Origin: an uncultured bacterium
GTDB lineage: Bacteria > Chlamydiota > Chlamydiia > Chlamydiales > SM23-39
Direction: 5' to 3'
Length of the DNA stretch: 64,000 bases
Assembly: GCA_964466185.1 (NCBI GenBank)
Contig: CAYXMS010000001.1
Location: 2,284-66,283, forward strand
Numbering within the stretch: the first letter of the stretch is position 1; each line of letters opens with the position of its first letter. The notes below the pieces were generated by a model. That model made no database searches. It had not been told where the DNA came from and was given only the letters and a program-made list of their open reading frames with translations. Positions 21,801-29,625 of this stretch are shown one piece after another. The translations under genes were made by a program, and so were the position numbers.

Positions 21801-22183
21801 TTTAAAGCTGCAAAACAAAAACCGTGAATAGTAAAAATAGCTGCCTGATCAAATAATGCTAAAGCTTCTTTTAAAGCAGATATAGCCAGTTTTTGCTTTG
21901 TCTGAGATTTTACAAAAGGCTGCAAATAAGAAAAAGATAACCCACTTTGTCCTTGCAGTTGTTTAAGCGCTTTTTGAATATTCAAATAGATTCTCTCTTT
22001 CAGCTCACGAGCCGCCGCCTTGGTAAAAGTCACCACCAGAATCTCTTCTACGCCAAGCGGTTTTGCTCCCTCTAAAAGCAGCCTGACTACTAGATGTTCA
22101 ATAGCAAAAGTCTTGCCCGTTCCGGCAGAAGCTTCTAAAAAATGAAGACCAAAAATATTTTCCTGTTCTTTTAAGATCTGCAT
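18821..22183 (-). CDS. recB: exodeoxyribonuclease V beta subunit RecB (UvrD-like helicase + PD-(D/E)XK nuclease)
   Basis: N-terminal EASAGTGKTFAI, DEFQDTDPLQW, and the C-terminal nuclease motif GFVDLIFQHGNKFYLIDWKSNY. Confidence 0.9.
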   Translation of the reverse strand: MQILKEQENIFGLHFLEASAGTGKTFAIEHLVVRLLLEGAKPLGVEEILVVTFTKAAARELKERIYLNIQKALKQLQGQSGLSFSYLQPFVKSQTKQKLAISALKEALALFDQAAIFTIHGFCFAALKRFSFASNLQVFLGEKNTQSHRFLKEKAFEYFYYYLEKQFYAPSQIGLLIQKAGSLEQLIENLLAAGLFAADRKEAANDVSSAYIGRLQNLWQELQPRFKNFKTNNAVREKIKQELTDLIPLYKKSFFDINLVEKEVFFILDLLEKKDLSLKELDLLLETNLLSLKFFQNSNLKKKVFLEKKQFLFFGFLAFLQKEIFPLLKDAMNEKFLFAHLAWDLNQHLQKKLEKEEMFTFDSLLEQMLKALKNVEFKTKLRFTYKASIVDEFQDTDPLQWQILSGIFLNHPDLKAFYLVGDPKQSIYSFRNADLYTYFQAQKSFGQKAFSTLDTNYRSDKNLMQSLNQLFSEKFSDKWLKIPKLNQEFGYLNIKAGKEKKTDFWDLKAPVHFWLQQRQKNKDLEEKIFFRQMAEEIKSLKKSFSLNEMAVLVKDRFQAERVSKFLEHNKIPAQYKSQKPLKETKAFSALKELFQLLVDPADLNCLQKVLLGRFFQYEKQAFTENFLQKQIEFFTYLKKICEESGLAVFFAEFLKAEIADSHNTVLSQMVVSSDLSFYQQLMQSIEFLIEDLEGFSLSGILFFLGTFSSLDPHDDGRLFFKPRARDDAVQIMTMHMSKGLEFAIVFAFGVSQRTPSAEIEAEAEKLRQLYVTMTRASFRIFLPLLIEKKKGPIKKGTAAPLELFLKLADYENYLADVSFIQQKLKPLAEQKLISCEWLQDSSLNFCAFTSKNQRLLEPLKKPKILPGAGIYSFSGLQKIEKENQDKEFPEDSALEKEPDFIFGKSSLEPGTEFGLLVHSLLEDLFSGFFGGLNKNTIVKILEQKLKKTGFWEKQEILFEMLYRVLHISLPLQDWHLKDIDLKKAKTESEFLYQTETASQDLMKGFVDLIFQHGNKFYLIDWKSNYLGDSFSAYKAENLKKALEKENYFLQAAIYTEALKKAVLKKDFKQKFGGIFYVFLRGLSLDRENCGIYHFYPELAQIPNFLKIKKAGFMEKKREKL

Positions 22184-25100
22184 GCGGCCTCAAATTGTTT
22201 GAAAGAATAAAAAATCTCAGCTAAAAAAGAGCTCTTTTCCTGCATCAGTTTTTCTGAAGAAGGCAAAAACGGACCGAAGCTATGATTTTTAAGCCATTCA
22301 AAATACGGGTCTTGGAATTGTTGGCGGCCTTTATTAGCTATTGTCTGATGAAGCGCTTTTTGCAAATTTTTTCCATCTTGCTGTAAAAGCGGCTTGGCTA
22401 AATCCTGATATAAAAAGTGAAAAGACTCCAAAGAACTGAAATAATATTTTATATATGAAACAAGCGCTTTTTCAGCATCTATAATATTCAAGTCCAAAAC
22501 TGTCGGTTTTTTTGTTAAAAATAACTGTTTAGAAACTGTTTCCAAAACTTTTTTCTGCACATTTAAAAAAATTAAAATCTTAGGCCAAGCTTTTAAAAGA
22601 TAAGCAAATTCTTGTTTTCCATGCAAAACCAGACCCAAAGGACAAACACTTTCTAACCTGCCGGTTAAAACAACCCTTTTTTGATCTACTGTCAGTTGAA
22701 TGGGAGCCACCGAATATAGATTGTCCTGCTTTTTCAGGGCTGTTCCCAAAAACCCCTTTTGTAATTCGATTTGAAAAAAATCTTCTTTTTGCAAGCCTAA
22801 TTTTTGCAAATTTTCTAAATAACCCGCCGCTTCTTTCAACAACTTTTTCTGTACAATATCTTTCCATAAAGAGGGCGGAAAAAAACCTTGCCTTTCTTGT
22901 AGATCAAGCAGCTGAAAAATATCTTCTTTCAGCGCTTTTTGGCGAAAAAAGAAAAGATCCAGGTTGTCAACTTTAAAAGGCTCTGTTTTTGTTTCATTTT
23001 CCAAATAAATGCCCAGATTTTTCTGAAGATGAAATTTTAAAGGGTTATTTGCCAAAAGCCATAAATCCTTGATCTCAATTTCCTGAAGCTTCTCTTCTTT
23101 ATATGAGTTTAGCTGGCTTTTTTCATCTGTTGGATTTACAAAAATATTTTTTTCCAGACTAACCGGAGTATAAAAAATCTGCTTTTCCCGACCATAGAAA
23201 TTTTGGGCCGCCTGATAATATTGGTGGGAATACGATCTCTTACCAAGCTCTGAAAAATAGCTTCGATCAAAAGCCAAGGCCGGATGGCTCTGTTTTAAAT
23301 AACCAGAAGGGCTCTTGCCTTGCATATGATAACTATTATCCAAATAAAGCAAAAAATCCTGCAGAACAAGAGACGGCAAAGCTTTTTTTCCATCCTCTTC
23401 AGAAATCCCAACAAAACTTAAAGATAAGGATTTTTCCGCCGAAAATAACGCAGCCAAAAAATTAAACCTGTCCTCATCTGCCTGTAAAGGAATATAAGAG
23501 GGGAAATTAAAAGAATTGCCTTCCGATCTTTTCTTGTGCAAAAGACTGTAGTCAGGAAAATTTTCCTGCCTGGGAAAATTTTCATTCAACCCTAAAATAC
23601 AAATTACCTTTTTGGGCATCGGAGAAAAAGCTAAAGAAGAAAATTGCAGAACTTCAATCTCAGAAAAATTTTGCATCCCTTTTTCATTTTCCAAATCCTT
23701 TTTTAAATCAACTAAAAAATCCTGCAGTAAAAAGGTGCCTTCCACCCGCATAGCTTTGAGTTTGGCAATAAATTTCTCCAATCTGAATAAACAGGCCCTT
23801 TCTTCATTTTTTTCTTTGTTAATTTTAAAAAAGTCAGCCACATAACTTAAAAAATCTGCCCATAAAGCCAAAGAAAGAACTGTCGAATTTTGTAAAAACC
23901 GATAAACTTTTTCCAGTTTGTTGAAAATATGCAAAAACTTTTCTAAACTCTCAGCCTGAGCCATACTCAAACCGGACAAAGGAGGGGGATAATCGGCCAC
24001 AGGCGTTTTTAAAGCAAAAGAAACGGCCAATCTTTGAAGGCCGTAATAAAAACTCTGATAAGGCCATTTTTGAGCTGTTTTCTTTTCCACATCCTTTTCA
24101 TCAATTCCAAAATATAGATTAAGTCTGTCCGCCCAATTTTGCCAAACCAGCAACTCTTCATGATTTATATTCTGCGCTTTTTGAAAAGCAGGATTGTTTA
24201 AAAGCTCAAAAAAATCCGCTTTGGAAAATTCTTTTTCCATCAATTGAAAAAATTTTAAAAGCCCCTGCTTTAAAAAACTCTCTTGCACATCTAAAAAAGA
24301 ACAGGGGATATCTTTTTTAAAGACCATCTTAACGTGGGGCAGATATTTGTCTATCTGCGGAGCAAAAACAGCAATCTCTGAGAGTTTTATTCCCTGATCC
24401 AAGTACCTATAAATTTCATCTTTTAAAATTTCTACTTCCCTAAGCCTGGAAGGCGCTTCATGCACTTGCAAAGAATTTAACTCTTTTTCAATACCGGTTT
24501 TTTTTTCATCTGCTTTCAAACTAATCAGATCCTGTTGAATTGTCTGCAGAAAATTTTCTGGTGATTTTTCAAGCTGCGGATAAGTTTCTATAGTTTCCTT
24601 TTCATAAGGATCCAAATTTTTTAAATTCTCGCGCATCAACTTGCCAAAATTAGCAAGCAAAAAGTTTTGCTGCTTTAAAAAGTTTTCCCAAAACAGGAAT
24701 TTTTCCCGATTTTGATAATTTCTTCTAATCTTCTTTTTGTCTTTCTCAGACAGCTGATCCTCCCAAAAAAATTGACAAGGAGAAAACATAAAATGACAAA
24801 CTTTAAATTTTAAACTCAGCCTTACAAAAAGCTCTCTTAGCAAAGGCTGTAAATAAGAAAGACCAAAAAGATAAAAGGAAATTTTTTCACCTTCCGGAAA
24901 AATAATCTCCTTTCTAAGCTCTTGTAAAAAAGTGCTCCATCCTGTTTTTAAAAAAACCGTTTTTTGCCAGCCGCTTAAATCCTTTTTATCCAAATAAAAT
25001 CCATAATTCCAAAAAAGCATGGCAGCCTCTTCTAAAAAAGCCTCCTTTTTTTTGCCTTCTTTTTGCATTAAAACCCGCACCTGGGGATCATCTGTTTCTT

Positions 25101-25410
25101 GTAAACTTTTGATCAAAGTTAACTTAAGCTCTAGAAAAGAAGGCAGTTTAGCAATGTCTTCCGATCTAAAAAATTTTTTGGCCAGAAAAGAACCCAAAGA
25201 TTTCAGCTCTATAAATTCCAGTCCTAAAACAGCTGTTTTTTCTTGTACGAACTTTTGCAGCAGCCACTGTTTCACCGCAGCATTAGGCACAATAATATAT
25301 TTTTTTTCGAAAAAGTCTTCCGCTAAAAGATCCTGCTTGAGAACAGCACTGCCCAAAAGCTCTGCCAGATGACCTAAACTACTGGAAATAAAGAACTTTT
25401 CTTTGTCCAT
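22171..25410 (-). CDS. recC: exodeoxyribonuclease V gamma subunit RecC (start trimmed)
   Basis: Large ORF overlapping the recB start, in recC-recB-recD order. I place the start at the ATG at 25410 (MDKEKFFISSSLGHLAELL...IIVPNAAVKQWL). The track start at 25788 would overlap the divergent transporter gene by 269 nt. Confidence 0.75.
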   Translation of the reverse strand: MDKEKFFISSSLGHLAELLGSAVLKQDLLAEDFFEKKYIIVPNAAVKQWLLQKFVQEKTAVLGLEFIELKSLGSFLAKKFFRSEDIAKLPSFLELKLTLIKSLQETDDPQVRVLMQKEGKKKEAFLEEAAMLFWNYGFYLDKKDLSGWQKTVFLKTGWSTFLQELRKEIIFPEGEKISFYLFGLSYLQPLLRELFVRLSLKFKVCHFMFSPCQFFWEDQLSEKDKKKIRRNYQNREKFLFWENFLKQQNFLLANFGKLMRENLKNLDPYEKETIETYPQLEKSPENFLQTIQQDLISLKADEKKTGIEKELNSLQVHEAPSRLREVEILKDEIYRYLDQGIKLSEIAVFAPQIDKYLPHVKMVFKKDIPCSFLDVQESFLKQGLLKFFQLMEKEFSKADFFELLNNPAFQKAQNINHEELLVWQNWADRLNLYFGIDEKDVEKKTAQKWPYQSFYYGLQRLAVSFALKTPVADYPPPLSGLSMAQAESLEKFLHIFNKLEKVYRFLQNSTVLSLALWADFLSYVADFFKINKEKNEERACLFRLEKFIAKLKAMRVEGTFLLQDFLVDLKKDLENEKGMQNFSEIEVLQFSSLAFSPMPKKVICILGLNENFPRQENFPDYSLLHKKRSEGNSFNFPSYIPLQADEDRFNFLAALFSAEKSLSLSFVGISEEDGKKALPSLVLQDFLLYLDNSYHMQGKSPSGYLKQSHPALAFDRSYFSELGKRSYSHQYYQAAQNFYGREKQIFYTPVSLEKNIFVNPTDEKSQLNSYKEEKLQEIEIKDLWLLANNPLKFHLQKNLGIYLENETKTEPFKVDNLDLFFFRQKALKEDIFQLLDLQERQGFFPPSLWKDIVQKKLLKEAAGYLENLQKLGLQKEDFFQIELQKGFLGTALKKQDNLYSVAPIQLTVDQKRVVLTGRLESVCPLGLVLHGKQEFAYLLKAWPKILIFLNVQKKVLETVSKQLFLTKKPTVLDLNIIDAEKALVSYIKYYFSSLESFHFLYQDLAKPLLQQDGKNLQKALHQTIANKGRQQFQDPYFEWLKNHSFGPFLPSSEKLMQEKSSFLAEIFYSFKQFEAACRS

Positions 25411-25519
25411 AAAAAAATAATAGTGTTTTTTATCCTTTAAAAGCCTTATCATTAAACTCAACCAAAATAATTTTAGCCAAGTTTGTAAGTCAGCATAAAA
25501 AAAAGTTGTTTTTTCGCCT

Positions 25520-27190
25520 ATGGCTTTATCTTTTAAATTCAAAAAAAAATCTTTTTTATTTTTAAATATCACCCAATTCTTAGGCGCTTTGAATGATAAT
25601 ATGTTCAAGCTTCTCGTAGCTTTTATGCTGATTAATTTAGAGAGCCAGGAAAAACCCAGCTCAATCCTAGCTATCACAGGGGCTATTTTTGTGATTCCCT
25701 TTTTAATTTTCTCTTCTGCCTCCGGAATATTGGCCGATCGCTCCAGCAAACGAAAAATACTAGTTTGGGCAAAAGTTGCCGAAGTCATTATTATGTTGGC
25801 AGCCGTGATTGCCGTATTTTACAAATCCGTTTTTGCAATTTATCTGTTACTCTTCCTGCTTGCAGCGCAAAGCGCTGTGTTCGGCCCTTCCAAATATGGA
25901 ATTATACCGGAAATTGTCGACTCCAAAAAAATCTCTTCAGCCAACGGAATTTTAAATTCTTTTACTTATCTTGCCATCATCTTAGGTACTTTTTTCGCTT
26001 CTTTTGTTGCCGATATTACTAACAGAAATTTTGTTTTGTCTTCTTCCGTCTGTTTTTTAATTGCCATTTTCGGGCTTTTAGCAGTTTTAAAAATCGAAAA
26101 AACCATTCCACAACGCTCCAAAAAAAGATTCAATGTATTTTTCCTTTATGAAGTCTATCAAACTTTAAAGCTGGCCTTTAAACGCAAACATCTGCTGCCC
26201 GCTATTTTTGGCTCCAGTTATTTTTTATTTATAGGAGGATACGTCCAACTAAACACCATTCCCTATGCGCTGCAATCTCTCAATCTGACTGAAATTGGCG
26301 GCGGTTATTTGTTTATTCCCACAGCAATCGGTATCAGCATAGGCTCAATCTTAGTAGGTAAATTTTCTAAAGAAACTGTCGAACTGGGCATTTCCTGCGC
26401 TGCCGGTTTTGTCATTGCTTTTTTATTAATTCTTTTAGGAATTTTCCCTCAAAATTTGTTCCTCTCCATTTTTATTTTGATTATGTTAGGCGTCTTTGGC
26501 GGACTTTTTCTCATTCCTTTCGATGCTTTTATCCAGTTAAAAAGCCCGGAAGCCAGACGCGGACAAATTATTGCATCTGTTAATTTTTTAAGTTTTTGCG
26601 GCGTATTGCTAGCTTCTTTTGTTTTGTGGATAATTAACAGCTGGCTTGGTTTCAAAGCCAAAGACGGTTTTATTATTATCGGTATTATTACTTTAATTTT
26701 TAACCTGATTAATACCGGCCGTCTGTCTGATCTGTTCTTCTCTTATGTTATACGGAAAATTTTAGCCAAGTCCTATTTTTTTGAGATCAACCGACAAATT
26801 CCTTTCGGCTCCGCCATTATTTTAAAAAAAATTTCCTGGATAGATGCGCTTTCCCTGTTTCGCATTAATCCCCATTTAAAAATTATTGTAGAAGGCAGGA
26901 AATACCGGGATTTTCCTTTCTTTGATATTTTAACCGATTCTTTAGCCCTCATCTCCAAAAGAAAAACTGCTCCCCAGGAAATCAAGAAAAAAGCAGACAA
27001 ACTAAAAGATTCTTTTAATAATATCTTCTGCCTGCTAGTAAAACAAGAGCTTAATCCCCAAGAGCTGAAAAGCTTTTTTCCACACGTCTTTTATTTAAAA
27101 ACTTCAAAAGAAATAGTCATTAAAAAGAAACTTTTCCTGCGCAGAAAAAAAACTAAAATTAAGGCTGTTGCTGAAGAATTTCTAGGCTAA
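25520..27190 (+). CDS. MFS transporter, lysophospholipid-transporter (LplT)-like, with about 150-aa C-terminal extension
   Basis: Multiple TM helices, an N-terminal NITQFLGALNDNMFKLL, and MFS motif A GILADRSSKRKIL. Confidence 0.65.
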   Translation: MALSFKFKKKSFLFLNITQFLGALNDNMFKLLVAFMLINLESQEKPSSILAITGAIFVIPFLIFSSASGILADRSSKRKILVWAKVAEVIIMLAAVIAVFYKSVFAIYLLLFLLAAQSAVFGPSKYGIIPEIVDSKKISSANGILNSFTYLAIILGTFFASFVADITNRNFVLSSSVCFLIAIFGLLAVLKIEKTIPQRSKKRFNVFFLYEVYQTLKLAFKRKHLLPAIFGSSYFLFIGGYVQLNTIPYALQSLNLTEIGGGYLFIPTAIGISIGSILVGKFSKETVELGISCAAGFVIAFLLILLGIFPQNLFLSIFILIMLGVFGGLFLIPFDAFIQLKSPEARRGQIIASVNFLSFCGVLLASFVLWIINSWLGFKAKDGFIIIGIITLIFNLINTGRLSDLFFSYVIRKILAKSYFFEINRQIPFGSAIILKKISWIDALSLFRINPHLKIIVEGRKYRDFPFFDILTDSLALISKRKTAPQEIKKKADKLKDSFNNIFCLLVKQELNPQELKSFFPHVFYLKTSKEIVIKKKLFLRRKKTKIKAVAEEFLG

Positions 27191-27196
27191 TTAAAA

Positions 27197-27250
27197 GTCA
27201 ATCACCCCGCTCTAAAGGGAAAGGCTTGAGCCGTAATACACAAAGAAAAC
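27197..27250 (+). mobile_element. 54-nt 5' fragment of the HEARO/omega-RNA-like element (copy 3)
   Basis: GTCAATCACCCCGCTCTAAAGGGAAAGGCTTGAGCCGTAATACACAAAGAAAAC aligns with the minus-strand start of copy 1 (GTCAATCACCCCTCCCTAAAGGGAGAGGCTTGAGCCGTGAGGCACAAGGGAAAAG). It starts 6 nt after the transporter TAA stop. Confidence 0.7.
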
Positions 27251-27278
27251 TTTATGCAGAAGTTAATAAAATTCCAAA

Positions 27279-28529
27279 TTAAAAAGCGTAGATAAATTCA
27301 ATCTCATACTGGAAAAATCTCATCTTAGGCCCGATTTTATTATTCAGGTTGTCCGAGAATTGAATATTATTAAGTAAAGTCAGATTGCCAGTAATAGCAT
27401 ACAAAAGCTCTGCCTGCATTCCCTTGAAATTGCCACCGCCTACACAGGTTTTAGAGGTCGTAGCCGTTCCTGTGCCATATCTGCCTGTAGAATAAAAACC
27501 GATATTGGCAGAGTTTCCTCTTTTAATGCCTCCGGAATCAAAATCAGGCACTGCTTGAGCAGCTACTTGCTGATAATTGACATCCAAAGCCCAGTCTCCG
27601 GTTTTTCTCACCCGGCCAATAGAACAGCCGATATACCAACCGTAATTGGCTTTTTGATCATTGGTCAGATCAATTTTTTTAGCATCATGGTTTAAAAGAC
27701 CGGCCAAATAAAATTTTACCAGTTTATGCCATCCGGGAATGTCTCTTTGATAACCAAACACAAACTGAGAAACTAAAAAGTTAAAGCTGCTATTTTTTAA
27801 TTTGTTAGAATAATGTTTTTTCCAATCAATTAAAGAATATTTAGTATAAATTCCTGTATTGGCAATATCCAAAAGGCCAATTTCACCAACATAACCAAAA
27901 TGATACACATAATCATTAACTAAAAAAGAACCTATATTTAAATAAAAATTGCCAACAGAATCAGAAGATTTAGAAAATTTAAATAAAAGCCCGTCGAAAA
28001 TAGAAGAAAATTCAATTTTGGAATCAAAAACCGTAGATAAATAACGGCGGCCCATTTCAAAATCAAAAGAAACCGTATCCCCATCAATTATTCTACCTCC
28101 CCAAAAGGCTCTTTCTAATGATATCCGGTTAGTGGTTCCGCTCACAATGCCCATATCATTATCATACTCTAATTTTAAAGAAGCCCACGTACGGGGAGAG
28201 CGATAGTCCAGCATTAAATTAACCTCGCAATCAAAAGCAGTCACCGGCCTAGTAGTCGCTCCGCTTCTACCTCTTTGTTGAACGCCGTTTTTCTTTTCTC
28301 CGGCCGCCTGCATTTCCACACGCACTTCTCCGCTCAAAGACAAATCGCCGCCGATTTCTTTAACAGTCACCATCCGTTTTTGCCTGATCCACCTTTTTAA
28401 AGCATCCATATCCGGATCTTCCTGTTTACCTTCATATGGGTTTTCAGTAATGTCTTGGGCTAAAAGAGACGAAAAAGATAAACAAAAGAAAATAACAGCT
28501 GTCAGCCTAGCTAAAAAGTACATGCTCAA
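27279..28529 (-). CDS. putative outer-membrane beta-barrel porin
   Basis: 416 aa with signal peptide (FFCLSFSSLLAQD). The sequence alternates amphipathic strands throughout and ends FIYAF (terminal Phe). Confidence 0.55.
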   Translation of the reverse strand: MSMYFLARLTAVIFFCLSFSSLLAQDITENPYEGKQEDPDMDALKRWIRQKRMVTVKEIGGDLSLSGEVRVEMQAAGEKKNGVQQRGRSGATTRPVTAFDCEVNLMLDYRSPRTWASLKLEYDNDMGIVSGTTNRISLERAFWGGRIIDGDTVSFDFEMGRRYLSTVFDSKIEFSSIFDGLLFKFSKSSDSVGNFYLNIGSFLVNDYVYHFGYVGEIGLLDIANTGIYTKYSLIDWKKHYSNKLKNSSFNFLVSQFVFGYQRDIPGWHKLVKFYLAGLLNHDAKKIDLTNDQKANYGWYIGCSIGRVRKTGDWALDVNYQQVAAQAVPDFDSGGIKRGNSANIGFYSTGRYGTGTATTSKTCVGGGNFKGMQAELLYAITGNLTLLNNIQFSDNLNNKIGPKMRFFQYEIEFIYAF

Positions 28530-28622
28530 TCCTATTTTTATATTTATTTAAAAAATTAGAAAATAAAAAAAAATAATATCCGAGAAAAAGATTTTATGCA
28601 ACGAAAGCAGAAAATTTTATTC

Positions 28623-29402
28623 CTAAAAACGAAACTCTCCAGAAAGAGTAAAGGCTTCTTCATCAAATAGCCTGACCTCTCCATTCAAATGGAAATACTT
28701 GCCATTGGAAAATCCACAGCCTAAAGCTATTCCATAATTATCCCTGTTTTCCATACCAATCTCATCTGTGCCAAAAGAACTGATTGTCAAATCAGGCACT
28801 TGCAATTGCACATCGGCATGCGAATACTTAACTGATATATAGGGAATAATCAAGTCTATTTTATAAGAAATGGCAGCATCTACCTGCCATTCTTCATAAG
28901 AAAAAGAAGAAGCCGGCTTATAAGTATCTGCATCAATTGACATCCAAAGCAAATTAGGATCTGTAGACGAATATCTACCTCCCAAAGCAAAAGTTACATC
29001 GCCCCATTCCAAAAAAATAGCCCTTGCCCCTATATCCCACCGCCAGCGGTAGCTGGTCTCCAGTTCAATCCGGTTAAAATTAGGCGGGTAGGGCTTAATA
29101 ATCCAGTCAGCTTTATATCTTGCCTGTCCCAACACACCATAAACGTCCAGTCTATTTAAAAGGTTCAAAACTAAAAAACCGCTATTGTAATCCTGAGAAA
29201 AATTATCAATGCGATCGGCATCTTTTTGTTTTAAACGGCGATTGCTAACAAAATCTCCTTCATAGCCAAATCTGAAACTGAACCACTTGCCGGAAAAGAT
29301 AAAACCCTTTTCTACCGTGCGGGCAACAGCAGGATTGGTAATAGGAGAGCCGACAAGAGAAAAACAAATACTGCAAAAAACCAGAAAAAAATATTTTTTC
29401 AT
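28623..29402 (-). CDS. short MOMP/PorB-family-like outer-membrane protein
   Basis: 259 aa with a signal peptide. The N-terminus PITNPAVAR...FSFRFGYEGDFVSNRRLKQ resembles the chlamydial MOMP N-terminus (NPA.P...GYYGDFVFDRVLK). The C-terminus GEFRF resembles the MOMP ...QFRF ending. Confidence 0.5.
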   Translation of the reverse strand: MKKYFFLVFCSICFSLVGSPITNPAVARTVEKGFIFSGKWFSFRFGYEGDFVSNRRLKQKDADRIDNFSQDYNSGFLVLNLLNRLDVYGVLGQARYKADWIIKPYPPNFNRIELETSYRWRWDIGARAIFLEWGDVTFALGGRYSSTDPNLLWMSIDADTYKPASSFSYEEWQVDAAISYKIDLIIPYISVKYSHADVQLQVPDLTISSFGTDEIGMENRDNYGIALGCGFSNGKYFHLNGEVRLFDEEAFTLSGEFRF

Positions 29403-29521
29403 CTTTCAAAAATTTAAATTTTATAATCTAAAACTAAAAGCTTAGCTTATTTTCATTTATTTCAGCAAAAAAAATTTAGTAAAAATTTTTCACAAAAAAC
29501 TGCTTTTGCTGTTTAAAATAA

Positions 29522-29549
29522 AATTTACAATTGTGAATTTACAATTGTG
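29522..29549. repeat. tandem 14-bp direct repeat AATTTACAATTGTG x2, each containing the palindrome ACAATTGT
   Basis: Read directly from the sequence. It lies in the divergent gap between the OMP gene (28623-29402) and thrS, about 80 nt upstream of the thrS ATG. Confidence 0.8.
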
Positions 29550-29625
29550 TTTTCTTCTTTTTTATTCTAAAATGATTAATAATTTATCATTTAAAGACCA
29601 ACCTCTTTTAATAAAAAGGTAAAAA

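Noticed and set aside
25411-25788. 126-codon N-terminal extension of the recC ORF
   Set aside because: It would overlap the divergently transcribed MFS transporter gene by 269 nt. It lacks RecC-like sequence, whereas the MDKEKFF...IIVPNAAVKQWL start looks like a normal RecC N-terminus.
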